Positions 1 through 9,583 of a DNA stretch of 64,000 bases are shown piece by piece. Numbering within the stretch: the first letter of the stretch is position 1; every line of letters starts with the position of its first letter. The notes beneath the pieces were generated by a model. It saw nothing but the letters and a program-made list of their open reading frames with translations. It was not told the DNA's origin and searched no databases. Location of the stretch: positions 1,943 to 65,942 of the forward strand of contig JAEYYW010000013.1 in assembly GCA_023428265.1 (NCBI GenBank). Reading direction: 5' to 3'. The position numbers and the translations under genes were made by a program. The stretch is from Bacillota bacterium (GTDB lineage Bacteria; Bacillota; Clostridia; Christensenellales; UMGS416).

Positions 1-854
1 TGAAGGTGGGCGCCGCCCAGTTTGCCTATGAGTCGGAGCAATCCTGCTTCACTGAAGTGCGGCAGCTGTTCTCACTTCTTCCGGCCAACTGCAAGGAAGA
101 CGCTCCTTCTGCCATGATCCAGGCTGATTTGAACACATCTTCGCCCGCTTTGAATGATTTGATTCCCGGTCTCTATGATATGAACACTGTGATTTCCGCC
201 ATCTCCGACGGTGGCTATTTCTTCGGCACATCCACAGAATATGCGCCGAATATGATCACCGGTTTCATTCGGGTGAATGGCCGCACAACCGGCGTGGTCG
301 CCAACCAGCCCAAGGAGAAGGACGGCGCGCTGGATGCCGCCGGCTGCGAGAAAGCCGCCCGGTTCATCCGTTTCTGCGACAGCTTCCACATCCCGCTGGT
401 TTCATTGGTGGACACCGTCGGCTTGCCGATTGGCGCCGCGGAGGAAAACCGGGGCTTGATGGCCGGCGGAGCTTCCCTGATCCGGGCATATGCTGGCGCC
501 ACGGTGCCCAAGGTCACGGTGGTATGTGGCCAGGCCCACGGCGGCTCGTTTGCGATGATGGGAAGCCGTTCTCTGGGCATTGACACCGTGTATGCCTGGC
601 CTGACGCACAGATTTCCGTGGCACAGCCGGAGACGGCCGTGAATATCCTGTATGCCGGAGAGATCGCCGCTGCAGAAGACCCGCTGTCTGCCCGCGTGGC
701 TCTGGTGGAGCGTTACAAGGCCAAGGATTCTGACCCGCTGGTTGCAGCCAAAGGCGGCCATGTGGACGATGTGATTGAGCCGGCTTCCACCCGCACCTAT
801 GTGGCGGCAGCGCTGGAGATGCTGGTGGGCAAGCGCGGCAACTTGACGTTGTGA
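1..854 (+). CDS. Acyl-CoA carboxyltransferase, C-terminal part (methylmalonyl-CoA decarboxylase alpha / transcarboxylase 12S / PccB family); 5' end outside window
   Basis: The reading frame is open to the left edge (track ORF 6..854). The translation (GFIRVNGRTTGVVANQP, CEKAARFIRFCDSFHIPLVSLVDTVG, KVTVVCGQAHGG) fits the carboxyl-transferase domain. Biotin-carrier and 5S genes follow. Confidence 0.85.
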   Translation, partial: KVGAAQFAYESEQSCFTEVRQLFSLLPANCKEDAPSAMIQADLNTSSPALNDLIPGLYDMNTVISAISDGGYFFGTSTEYAPNMITGFIRVNGRTTGVVANQPKEKDGALDAAGCEKAARFIRFCDSFHIPLVSLVDTVGLPIGAAEENRGLMAGGASLIRAYAGATVPKVTVVCGQAHGGSFAMMGSRSLGIDTVYAWPDAQISVAQPETAVNILYAGEIAAAEDPLSARVALVERYKAKDSDPLVAAKGGHVDDVIEPASTRTYVAAALEMLVGKRGNLTL

Positions 855-861
855 GGTGCCG

Positions 862-1260
862 ATGAACGAGTTTATTCAAAACAATGCCGTCATTCTTTGG
901 GTTGTAGCCTTTGTTGCAGAGGTGCTGCTGGGCCTGCTGGCTCAGGTGATCGCCGAGCGAAAGGGCCACCCCAAGGGCTGGTTCTGGGCGGGCTTCTTCC
1001 TTTCGGTTTTCGGCGTGATCTGGGCGGCAGGGCTTCCCGATGAAAAGCTCCGCAAGCAGATCAAGCAGTTGAGCGGCAGCAAGCCCGTGGCTTCGCCGGC
1101 GGCGGTGCAACCCTCCCCGGTGAATGAAGACAATGATCTCATTGCCGTGCTTTCCGCAGCTATCGCTGCGTTTGGCGCGCAACAAGGCAAGCAGTATGTC
1201 CTTCGCTCCTTCCGGCCCATTGGCGCCGGTTCCACGGCATGGAGCCGTTCAACACGATAA
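862..1260 (+). CDS. Small membrane protein with OadG/MmdD/GcdD-like C-terminus (decarboxylase gamma/delta anchor-like)
   Basis: Track ORF 856..1260; first ATG at 862. There are two hydrophobic segments at the N-terminus. The C-terminus (DLIAVLSAAIAAF...YVLRSFRPIGAGSTAW) resembles the conserved tail of OadG-family subunits. The start codon is uncertain (GTG 856 or ATG 862). Confidence 0.6.
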   Translation: MNEFIQNNAVILWVVAFVAEVLLGLLAQVIAERKGHPKGWFWAGFFLSVFGVIWAAGLPDEKLRKQIKQLSGSKPVASPAAVQPSPVNEDNDLIAVLSAAIAAFGAQQGKQYVLRSFRPIGAGSTAWSRSTR

Positions 1261-1289
1261 TCTTGATTGATGCTTAGGGAGGAACTGGC

Positions 1290-1709
1290 ATGAAACGTTT
1301 TCTGATCACTGTAAACGGAAAGACCTACGAAGTGGAAGTGGAAGAAGTGGAGGCATTTGCCGCGGCAGCGCCTGGCATTCAGTCAGCGCCTGTGCAGGTG
1401 GCAGCCGCCGTTTCTGCCCCCGCACCCGCCGCACCGGCAGCCAAGGCCGCGGAAGCGCCTGCTCCCGCAGCGGCACCTGCCAACATCCCCGCGGGCGGCA
1501 CCAAGGTCAACGCGCCGATGCCCGGCAAGATCCTTTCGGTGAAGGCAGCCCCCGGCCAGGCGGTCAAGCGCGGCGACGTGCTCTTGATTCTGGAAGCCAT
1601 GAAGATGGAAAATGAAATTCAATCACCGGTGGACGGCACCGTCAGCGCCATCGCTGTTTCAGAAGGCTCGATGGTTAACGCCGGCGCGTTGCTGGCAGTT
1701 GTGGGATAA
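1290..1709 (+). CDS. Biotin carboxyl carrier protein (1.3S / GcdC / MmdC-like)
   Basis: Biotinylation motif EAMKMENEI, a long Ala/Pro linker, and GGGAGGA RBS upstream of the ATG. Confidence 0.9.
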   Translation: MKRFLITVNGKTYEVEVEEVEAFAAAAPGIQSAPVQVAAAVSAPAPAAPAAKAAEAPAPAAAPANIPAGGTKVNAPMPGKILSVKAAPGQAVKRGDVLLILEAMKMENEIQSPVDGTVSAIAVSEGSMVNAGALLAVVG

Positions 1710-1720
1710 GGGGAGGGCTC

Positions 1721-3118
1721 ATGGCAAAAGTACATATCACAGACACCATATTGCGTGACGCCCACCAATCGCAGGCTGCCACGCGCATGAAAACCGAAGA
1801 CATGCTGCCAATGGCGGAAAAGCTGGATGCCGTTGGTTACTGGTCGCTGGAAGCATGGGGCGGCGCCACATTTGACACCTGCCTCCGCTTTCTCAACGAA
1901 GATCCCTGGGAGCGCCTGAGAACACTGCGAAAGGCCATGCCCAACACCAAGCTACAGATGCTGCTGCGTGGTCAGAACCTTCTGGGATACAAGCACTATT
2001 CCGACGACGTGGTGGACATGTTCGTCAAGAAGGCCATCCAGAACGGCATCAACGTGATCCGTATTTTTGATGCCTTGAATGACATCCGAAACATGAAAAC
2101 CGCCATTGCTTCCACCAAAAAGTATGGCGGCATCGTGGAAGCGGCGATTTCCTACACGATCAGCCCGGTACACTCCACGCAGTATTTCGTGGACATGGCT
2201 GTGGAGCTGGAGTCTTTGGGCGCAGACACGATCTGCATCAAGGACATGGCAAACCTGCTGCTGCCATACGCAGCCTATGACCTGGTGAGCAAGCTGAAAA
2301 AGCGTGTGAAGATTCCGATTCACCTGCACACGCACAACACCAGCGGCACCGGTGACATGACCTATCTCAAGGCCATCGAGGCCGGTGTGGACATCGTGGA
2401 CACGGCGCTTTCGCCGCTGGCCAACGGCACCAGCCAGCCGGCTACCGAGTCATTGGTCGCCACGCTGGCCGGAACGGAATACGACACCGGGCTGAACCTG
2501 AAGCTGCTGAGCGAGATTGCACAGCACTTCCGCGGCGTGGCCAACCGCATGATGAAGGAAGGCATCCTGGATCCCGCGGTGCTGGGCGTGGACGTGAACG
2601 CGCTGCTCTACCAGGTGCCGGGCGGCATGCTCTCCAACCTGATTTCCCAGCTCAAAGGCCAGGGCGCCATCGACAGGCTGCCTGAGGTGCTGCTCGAAGT
2701 GCCCCGCGTGCGTGAGGACTTCGGCTATCCGCCGCTTGTCACACCCACCAGCCAGATCGTGGGCACACAGGCAGTGCTGAACGTGATGGCCGGACAGAGA
2801 TACAAGATGTTTACCAAGGAATCCAAAGGCGTGCTGCGCGGCGAATATGGCCGTCTGCCCGCTGAACCCAATCCGGATGTGGTGAAGCTGGCGCTGGGCG
2901 ACGAACCCCGCATCACGCACCGCCCGGCAGACGACATCAAGCCGGAGTTGGGCCGCTACCGTGACGAAATCAAGCAATATATGGAGCAGGAGGAGGACAT
3001 TCTGTCCTATGCGCTGTTCCCGCAGGTGGCGCTGGATTTCTTCAAATATCGGCAAGCGAAGAAGTACAAGGTGGATTCCACGTTGCTGGATGCCAAAAAC
3101 GCGATTCACCCGGTGTAA
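1721..3118 (+). CDS. Pyruvate/oxaloacetate carboxyltransferase (transcarboxylase 5S / OadA N-terminal type, no biotinyl domain)
   Basis: N-terminus ITDTILRDAHQS, CIKDMAN (carbamyl-Lys motif) and HLHTHNTSG metal site. At 465 aa it ends without a biotin-attachment domain. Confidence 0.9.
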   Translation: MAKVHITDTILRDAHQSQAATRMKTEDMLPMAEKLDAVGYWSLEAWGGATFDTCLRFLNEDPWERLRTLRKAMPNTKLQMLLRGQNLLGYKHYSDDVVDMFVKKAIQNGINVIRIFDALNDIRNMKTAIASTKKYGGIVEAAISYTISPVHSTQYFVDMAVELESLGADTICIKDMANLLLPYAAYDLVSKLKKRVKIPIHLHTHNTSGTGDMTYLKAIEAGVDIVDTALSPLANGTSQPATESLVATLAGTEYDTGLNLKLLSEIAQHFRGVANRMMKEGILDPAVLGVDVNALLYQVPGGMLSNLISQLKGQGAIDRLPEVLLEVPRVREDFGYPPLVTPTSQIVGTQAVLNVMAGQRYKMFTKESKGVLRGEYGRLPAEPNPDVVKLALGDEPRITHRPADDIKPELGRYRDEIKQYMEQEEDILSYALFPQVALDFFKYRQAKKYKVDSTLLDAKNAIHPV

Positions 3119-3137
3119 GCCAGACTCTATTCCAATG

Positions 3138-3172
3138 CCCCCTTTCCCATGCGTGGGGAAGGGGGTTGTTCT
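3138..3172 (+). terminator. Rho-independent terminator after the biotin-enzyme operon
   Basis: CCCCCTTTCCC / GGGGAAGGGGG imperfect stem with a 6-nt loop, followed by TTGTTCTT. Confidence 0.6.
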
Positions 3173-3226
3173 TAATCACACCCGCACGAAATGGAATGAA
3201 GCCCGAACAAACCATGGAGGCATCCA

Positions 3227-5605
3227 TTGGAGAAGCGCCAGATCCGCCTTGCCATACGGGATTTTGTCGAGTCCATCTTTATGGAAGGCGACCTTGTCGC
3301 CGCGGCCTCGCCGCTGCGTGCTGTGGAAGGCACCCGCGCGCACAAAGCCATACAGGCAAACCGCGGTGAGCGCTATTCCGCCGAGGTCTCCGTATCATTT
3401 ACCATTGCCGGGGAGTATACGGAGCTGAGCCTGTTTGGCCGCATCGACGGCCTGATGCAGGATGATGACGGCGTTACGATCGAGGAAATCAAGTCAGTGC
3501 GCGGCCACACCCCCCGGGATGGCTTTGACGGGCTGGAGGTGCACTGGGCCCAAGCCAAGGCATATGCCGCGATTTATGCCCGCGACAATGGGCTTTCCGC
3601 CATCGCGGTGCAGCTTGTGTATTATGACATCCCTCACGCCAGGGAGCATCGCTATGAGCGCCGGTTTTCCGCCGCAGAGTTGCTGGATTGGCTGACCGGC
3701 CTCTGCACCCGTTATGTGCAGTGGGCAGATCGCGAGGAGCAGCGGCTCATGGAAATGAGCCGCGCCATCTCCGCGCTGGGGTTTCCCTATGAGACGGTTC
3801 GGCCCGGCCAGCAGGAAATGATGGCTGCCGTTTATCAGCATGTGAAATCCGGAGATTGCCTGTATGTATCAGCTCCCACCGGCACCGGCAAAACAATGGG
3901 AGCACTGTTTCCGGCCATCAAGGCCCTTGCGGACGGCCACTGCCGCAAACTGTTTTACCTCACAGCCCGCAACCCAGTGAAAGCCGTGGCGGAGGAAGCG
4001 TTCAAGGCGCTGCTTGGCCGCGGTTTTGCGCTGCGCGGCATCACGATGACCGCCAAAGACAGGCTCTGCCCCATGCCGGAGGGCACACCCTGCCACCCGG
4101 AGCACTGCCCAAGGGCAGCGGGGTTCTATGACAGGCTTTTTACGGCGCTGGATGATGTGCCGCCGGTGGGCCATATGGGCCGCAAGGATGTGGAGAAGCT
4201 TGCAGAAAAGCATAACCTTTGCCCCCACGAGCTGGCGCTGTTCATTGCAGAGATTTGTGACCTGGTGATCTGCGATTATAACAATGCCTTTGACCCCCGC
4301 GTGAAGATCAAGCGGTTCTTCGAGCGGGGAGGGGACTATGCTCTGCTGGTGGACGAGGCCCACAACATGGTGGACCGGGCCCGCGACATGTTTTCCGCGG
4401 AGCTGGCTGAGCCGGCGCTCCGTGCGTTTCTGGACAGCCTGCCGCTCTTTCTGGAGGAAAGCGTGCTGGCACTCTCCGACGCCGCCAGTGCCATGGTGGA
4501 GCAACTTACCGGGCTGCGCGGTGCGCTGGAAGAAGCGCAGGGGCAGGAGGTGCCGCTGGAGGCAGTGCCGGGCGAGCTGCTGGACGCGGTGGGCCGGTTC
4601 ATCGGGGAGGCTGAGCCATTGCTGGCCGATCAAGCGGATCGCGGTCTCGGTGAGGAATTTCTCAATCTGTATTTCATGGCGAAGGTCTTTATCGATGTGG
4701 CGGAAGAAATGGATCAGCGCTACCGCGTGATATTGGGCATGACCCAGGAAGGGCTTGTGCTCCAGCTTCGTTGCATTGACCCATCCGAGTTACTGAAGCT
4801 GGCCCTTCGAAAAGTGCGTTGTGCAATCTTCTTTTCCGCGACACTCACGCCGTTTCCCTATTACTCCCGCCTCACCGGCACCGGCGGGGACGCCAGCTGC
4901 CTGCTGCTTCCTTCGCCGTTCCCGCGGGAAAACCTCCGGGTGATCGCACTGGATGTGGACACCACCTACAACCGCCGGGAGGGCACTCTGCCGCGCTTGG
5001 TGGAATCGCTCACAGCATTTGTGCGGGGCAGGGTGGGGAATTACCTTCTCTTTTTCCCATCTTACTCCTATATGCGCAAGGCCCATGAGCAGTTCACAGC
5101 CCGCAACCCCGGCGTCTTTGCGCCGATGCAGGCATCCGGCATGAGCGAGCGGGACAGGGCGGCATTTCTCCGGCATTTTGACGGCGAGCATGACGGGGGG
5201 ATGGCAGCGTTCGCGGTGATGGGCGGCATCTTTGGCGAGGGCATTGATCTGGCCGGAGACCGTGTGATTGGCGTGGCCATAGTGGGCGTCGGCATGCCAC
5301 AGCTTTGCCTGGAACGCAACCTGATCCAGCAATACCATGACGGCCAGGAGGAGCCGGGATATGAGTTTGCCTATGTGATTCCCGGCTTCAACCGCGTGAT
5401 GCAAGCGGTTGGCCGGCTGATCCGCAATGAAACAGACCAAGGCGTTGTGCTTCTTGCGGACCGCCGCTTTTCCTGGCAGCAATACAGGCAAATGATCCCG
5501 CAATGGTGGACCCCCATGCTGTCAGCCCGAAATACAGCTGATGTGGAGCGCTCTGTGAAGGAGTTCTGGGAGGAAGCGGCACTGTTCGATGTTGACAACG
5601 ATTAG
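3227..5605 (+). CDS. PD-(D/E)XK nuclease domain fused to XPD/DinG-type Fe-S DNA helicase
   Basis: TTG start with GGAGG 6 nt upstream. N-terminal motifs are GRIDGL, EEIKS and QAKAYAAIY. Helicase features are Walker A APTGTGKT, four Cys (LCPMPEGTPCHPEHCP...NLCPHE) before VDEAHNM, and a C-terminal helicase region (GGIFGEGIDL, VGRLIR). Confidence 0.8.
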   Translation: MEKRQIRLAIRDFVESIFMEGDLVAAASPLRAVEGTRAHKAIQANRGERYSAEVSVSFTIAGEYTELSLFGRIDGLMQDDDGVTIEEIKSVRGHTPRDGFDGLEVHWAQAKAYAAIYARDNGLSAIAVQLVYYDIPHAREHRYERRFSAAELLDWLTGLCTRYVQWADREEQRLMEMSRAISALGFPYETVRPGQQEMMAAVYQHVKSGDCLYVSAPTGTGKTMGALFPAIKALADGHCRKLFYLTARNPVKAVAEEAFKALLGRGFALRGITMTAKDRLCPMPEGTPCHPEHCPRAAGFYDRLFTALDDVPPVGHMGRKDVEKLAEKHNLCPHELALFIAEICDLVICDYNNAFDPRVKIKRFFERGGDYALLVDEAHNMVDRARDMFSAELAEPALRAFLDSLPLFLEESVLALSDAASAMVEQLTGLRGALEEAQGQEVPLEAVPGELLDAVGRFIGEAEPLLADQADRGLGEEFLNLYFMAKVFIDVAEEMDQRYRVILGMTQEGLVLQLRCIDPSELLKLALRKVRCAIFFSATLTPFPYYSRLTGTGGDASCLLLPSPFPRENLRVIALDVDTTYNRREGTLPRLVESLTAFVRGRVGNYLLFFPSYSYMRKAHEQFTARNPGVFAPMQASGMSERDRAAFLRHFDGEHDGGMAAFAVMGGIFGEGIDLAGDRVIGVAIVGVGMPQLCLERNLIQQYHDGQEEPGYEFAYVIPGFNRVMQAVGRLIRNETDQGVVLLADRRFSWQQYRQMIPQWWTPMLSARNTADVERSVKEFWEEAALFDVDND

Positions 5606-5695
5606 CCATTTTACTATGATAAACGCATGCGCTTTCCGCCGTTGAAGCAAAATGACAGTGCGGAGCACTCAATTACCAACAAGCAAGGTGAATCA

Positions 5696-6208
5696 ATGAA
5701 ACTTCTGGAACCATGGATGAAAGTGGACAAACTGCCTGTCATCGATTTGGATATGCTGCGGGAGCAGCAAATCGACACGCTGCTCCTGGATATGGACAAC
5801 ACCGTGGTGCCGTGGCACACGTTCAACATCGATGAAAAGACAAACGCATGGATCCAGAGCGCCAAGCAGCGCGGTTTCAAGATCTGCATCATCTCCAACA
5901 ACCAGAAGTGGCGCATCAAAAAGCTCACCGCGATTCTGGAAGTGGAAGGGGTCTGGGGCGCCTGCAAGCCGTTTCTCGGCGGTTATCTGAAAGCACTCAA
6001 GGCGCTGAAGTCCAACAGGCACACCAGTGTGTTTGTGGGCGATCAGGTCTTTACAGATATTTTCGGCGCCAACATCCTTGGTGTACGCACAATCCTGGTG
6101 AAGCCCATCTCCAACCGTGAATACAAATGGACCCGCTTCATGCGCAGGTTTGAGAAACTGATCACCGGCCGCACCTTTGACCACGAGGCCGGCGAGCATG
6201 GCAAGTGA
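5696..6208 (+). CDS. YqeG-family HAD phosphatase (subfamily IIIA)
   Basis: The internal ATG at 5696 of track ORF 5627..6208 gives MKLLEPW... Motifs LLLDMDNTVV, IISNN and VGDQVFTDI are colinear with B. subtilis YqeG as I recall it. Confidence 0.8.
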   Translation: MKLLEPWMKVDKLPVIDLDMLREQQIDTLLLDMDNTVVPWHTFNIDEKTNAWIQSAKQRGFKICIISNNQKWRIKKLTAILEVEGVWGACKPFLGGYLKALKALKSNRHTSVFVGDQVFTDIFGANILGVRTILVKPISNREYKWTRFMRRFEKLITGRTFDHEAGEHGK

Positions 6209-7064
6209 CCGCCGAGTCCGCTTTGGCCCTGCCGGCAATTCGGCAAGTTTTTATGCCGAGGGCCACAAGCGCAGCGACGAAATGCCCCGCTGGCTCAATG
6301 GTCTTGGTTTGGACGCATATGAGTATTCTTTCGGCAGAGGCGTGCGCCTGAAAGAGGATCTTGCCTCCAGGCTTGGCAATGAGGCGCGGCAGTTTGACAT
6401 TGCACTTTCCGTTCACGCGCCCTATTACATTAACCTGGCAAACCCCAGCGAAGAGGCGCGGGCAAAGTCCCGCCAATATCTGTTTGACAGCGCCGCAGCC
6501 GCGAGCTTGATGGGTGCCACCCGCATTGTGTTTCACACGGGTTCGTCAGCGGGGCAGGGCAGGGAAAGCGCGATGAAGCTCGCGATGGGCGAGCTGGAAA
6601 AGGTGCTCGCCGGCCTGCAGCAACAGGGGCTGGGTGATCTGATCCTCTGCCCCGAAACAATGGGCAGGGCCTCACAATTGGGCACGCTGGATGAGGTGCT
6701 GGCCCTTTGCCTGCTTGGGGAAAATGTGTATCCGGCCATTGATTTCGGCCATATCAACGCGTTGGAACAGGGTTCACTGAAAACAGCCGGCGATTTTCGT
6801 CGCATCCTCGACGTTGTCAACGCCCGGCTCGGCCCGGTGAAGTGCGACGGGTTCCATGCACATTTCAGCCACATACAGTATGGCAGCAAAGGCGAAATAA
6901 AGCATCTGACGTTTGAAGACGGCGAGTATGGCCCGGCGTTTGAGCCGCTGGCGCAGGTGCTGCGGGAGTGCGATTTACATCCTGTCATCATCTGTGAATC
7001 CAGAGACGTGATGGCGGAAGATGCCTTGCAGATGAAGGCCATATATGAGGGATTGCGCTGTTAA
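6198..7064 (+). CDS. AP-endonuclease family 2 TIM-barrel protein (endonuclease IV-like)
   Basis: HAPYYINLANP, IVFHTGS, CPETMG, DFGH and a C-terminal ICES resemble the Nfo metal-ligand pattern. The ATG at 6198 overlaps the yqeG-like stop by 11 nt. The exact function is not established. Confidence 0.6.
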   Translation: MASDRRVRFGPAGNSASFYAEGHKRSDEMPRWLNGLGLDAYEYSFGRGVRLKEDLASRLGNEARQFDIALSVHAPYYINLANPSEEARAKSRQYLFDSAAAASLMGATRIVFHTGSSAGQGRESAMKLAMGELEKVLAGLQQQGLGDLILCPETMGRASQLGTLDEVLALCLLGENVYPAIDFGHINALEQGSLKTAGDFRRILDVVNARLGPVKCDGFHAHFSHIQYGSKGEIKHLTFEDGEYGPAFEPLAQVLRECDLHPVIICESRDVMAEDALQMKAIYEGLRC

Positions 7065-7067
7065 TTC

Positions 7068-7097
7068 TTGTTAATTGGCGGCGTGTTATGGTATACT
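7068..7097 (+). promoter_or_regulatory. Sigma-A-type promoter for the peptidase-efp operon
   Basis: TTGTTA (7068-7073), an 18-nt spacer ending in TG, then TATACT (7092-7097). Confidence 0.5.
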
Positions 7098-7133
7098 ATT
7101 GCGAGTGTTGCGACTAATTGGTAAGGAGAATCC

Positions 7134-8201
7134 ATGACCAAGCGAGAAGAAAAGCTTATATCCGGCTTGCGTGCCGCCGGTGCTCAGGCGGCTCTGCTCC
7201 ACAGCCAGGAGAATATCCGCTATTTCACCGGCTTCACCGGCGAGGGCTGTGCGTTCCTCGCCGATGGTGCCTCCGTTTTGCTCACAGACTCACGCTATAC
7301 CGAGCAGGCGCGCAAGCAAGCGCCCGGCAGCGTTGTGCTGGAGCCGGCTAACCGCAACTATGCGGAAACGGTCGCAAAGCTTGCCAAGGACCATGGCATT
7401 GAGGCGCTGGGCTTTGAGGATGAATTCCTGCCTGTTGCCCAGCACGACCAGTTCCTCAAGGCTCTCCTGCCCGCAAGGCTCATCCCGATGGGGGAGCTCT
7501 GCGTCATGATCCGGGCTGTCAAAGATGCCGGTGAGATTGAGCTTTTGCGTGAAGCCTGCCGCATCACGGACCAGGCGTTTCAATATTTCCTGAGCATTGT
7601 CAAACCAGGCGTCAGCGAGATTGAAATCAGCGCTGAACTCAAATACTATATGGCGATGAAGCACAAAGCCTCGCCGTCCTTTGAGTTCATCGTGGCATCC
7701 GGTGAAAACGGCTCGATGCCCCACGCGATCACCTCTGAGCGCCTGATCCGTGCCGGTGATATGATCACGCTGGATTTCGGCGCTGAATATGCCGGTTATC
7801 ATGCCGACATGACCCGCACTGTCGCGGTGGGGAAACCGTCAGACAAGATGCTGGAGATTTACCGGATAGTGCAGCAGGCGCAGGCCGAAGCCGCCGAGGC
7901 GCTTGCACCGGGCAAGCGCTGCCGCGAAGTGGACGCCGTGGCCCGTGATTTGATCGCGCAAAAAGGATATGGGGAATACTTCGGCCATGGGTTGGGCCAT
8001 GGCGTGGGTTTGCAGATACACGAGCAGCCCGTGCTGAGCTATCGCAGCGAAACAATACTGGAACCCGGCATGGCCGTCACCGTGGAGCCGGGGATTTATC
8101 TGCCAGGCGTGGGCGGTGTGAGAATTGAAGATACTTGCATCATCACTGATGCCGGCTATGAAAGCCTGTTTGTCTCTGAAAAGAGCCTGATAATACTGTA
8201 A
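7134..8201 (+). CDS. M24 family Xaa-Pro aminopeptidase
   Basis: Creatinase-like N-domain plus M24 metal-ligand motifs ([39 protein letters not shown]). AAGGAG RBS. Confidence 0.85.
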   Translation: MTKREEKLISGLRAAGAQAALLHSQENIRYFTGFTGEGCAFLADGASVLLTDSRYTEQARKQAPGSVVLEPANRNYAETVAKLAKDHGIEALGFEDEFLPVAQHDQFLKALLPARLIPMGELCVMIRAVKDAGEIELLREACRITDQAFQYFLSIVKPGVSEIEISAELKYYMAMKHKASPSFEFIVASGENGSMPHAITSERLIRAGDMITLDFGAEYAGYHADMTRTVAVGKPSDKMLEIYRIVQQAQAEAAEALAPGKRCREVDAVARDLIAQKGYGEYFGHGLGHGVGLQIHEQPVLSYRSETILEPGMAVTVEPGIYLPGVGGVRIEDTCIITDAGYESLFVSEKSLIIL

Positions 8202-8214
8202 TCGGAGGAAGAAC

Positions 8215-8772
8215 ATGATCAATGCCAGTGATTTCAGAAAGGGATTGACGATCGAGATCGAAGGCAACGTCTTTGTCATCGTTGATTTCCAGCATGTCAA
8301 ACCCGGCAAGGGTGCCGCATTTGTGAGGACGAAGATCAAGAACGTCATCACCGGAGCTGTGCTGGAGCGGACCTTTAACCCTACGGATAAAATGCCCCGC
8401 GCCATGATCGAGACCAAGGACATGCAATATCTGTATGAAGACGGCGAGTTCTATCATTTCATGGACAACGAAAACTTCGAGCAGCTGCCGCTCACCAGGG
8501 AGCAGGTCGAGGAAGCGCTGCCTTACCTGATTGAGAACATGAGCGTGCAGATCAAGTTCTTCAAGAACAAGCCTTTCTCCGTGCAGCCGCCGAACTTCGT
8601 GGAGCTGAAGGTTGTGGAGACCGAGCCGGGCTTTAAGGGCGACACGGCCACCAACACACTGAAGCCCGCCAAGCTGGAGACCGGATATACCGTCATGGTG
8701 CCGCTGTTCATCAGCACCGGCGAAAAGCTGAGGATTGATACGCGCACGGGCGAGTATATGGAGCGTGCCTGA
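8215..8772 (+). CDS. efp: Elongation factor P
   Basis: [37 protein letters not shown] is the canonical EF-P N-terminus with the modified-Lys loop. GGAGGA RBS. Confidence 0.95.
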   Translation: MINASDFRKGLTIEIEGNVFVIVDFQHVKPGKGAAFVRTKIKNVITGAVLERTFNPTDKMPRAMIETKDMQYLYEDGEFYHFMDNENFEQLPLTREQVEEALPYLIENMSVQIKFFKNKPFSVQPPNFVELKVVETEPGFKGDTATNTLKPAKLETGYTVMVPLFISTGEKLRIDTRTGEYMERA

Positions 8773-8794
8773 CACATCCGATTACAAGTGAAAT

Positions 8795-8830
8795 AACCCT
8801 GCCGCCAAACAGGCGCAGGGTTATTTGAAT
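8795..8830 (+). terminator. Rho-independent terminator after efp
   Basis: AACCCTGC (8795-8802) pairs with GCAGGGTT (8815-8822), followed by ATTTGAATTT. Confidence 0.7.
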
Positions 8831-8920
8831 TTGGCGCCGCCTGCGAGCCCGGAGTTACGTTCTGGGCAAGCACGCACTGGTTTAGGTGAAATTGGGAAAC
8901 TACAGAAAGAGGTGCTGGGA

Positions 8921-9583
8921 ATGGAGAAGGAACAGGTCATCGGCAGGATCCTGGACGGCGGCTTGGTTGCTGTTGTCCGTGCGGACAGCGGCGAGGAAGC
9001 CAAGCGAATCGCCGAGGCATGCCTGGAGGGCGGTGTGGCCGCGATGGAAATCACATTCACCGTGCCAGGCGCCCACCGGGTCATTGAGGATTTGACCAGG
9101 CAATATGCCAAAGGGGAGATGATACTCGGCGCCGGCACCGTGCTGGACCCGGAGACGGCCCGCATCGCCATCCTGTCCGGCGCGCAATATGTGATCAGCC
9201 CTTATTTTGACGAAGCCACCATGAAGCTCTGCAACCGTTATCGCGTGGCTTGCATGCCCGGTGTGATGACGCCCAGAGAGGCTGTGCTGGCGATGGAGGC
9301 CGGTGCTGACATACTGAAGGTCTTTCCGGCAAACCTGTTTGGGCCCTCTGTGATCAAGTCGCTGCTAGGGCCGCTGCCGCAGGCCAAGCTCATGCCCACC
9401 GGCGGTGTGAGCGCCGCAAACGCCGCCGAATGGATCAAAGCCGGAGCGGTGGCGCTGGGCGCGGGCAGCGAGCTCATCAAAGGCGCGAAAACTGGAAACT
9501 ACACGGAAATAACTGAAATCGCGCGGCAGTATGTGAGCGCCATCCGGGCTGCACGGGCTGGCCAACAGGAGGTGACCGCATGA
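8921..9583 (+). CDS. eda: 2-dehydro-3-deoxyphosphogluconate (KDPG) aldolase
   Basis: The internal ATG at 8921 follows AGAAAGAGGTG. Motifs are VAVVRADSGEEA, AMEITFTVPGA and LKVFPA (Schiff-base Lys context). Confidence 0.85.
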   Translation: MEKEQVIGRILDGGLVAVVRADSGEEAKRIAEACLEGGVAAMEITFTVPGAHRVIEDLTRQYAKGEMILGAGTVLDPETARIAILSGAQYVISPYFDEATMKLCNRYRVACMPGVMTPREAVLAMEAGADILKVFPANLFGPSVIKSLLGPLPQAKLMPTGGVSAANAAEWIKAGAVALGAGSELIKGAKTGNYTEITEIARQYVSAIRAARAGQQEVTA

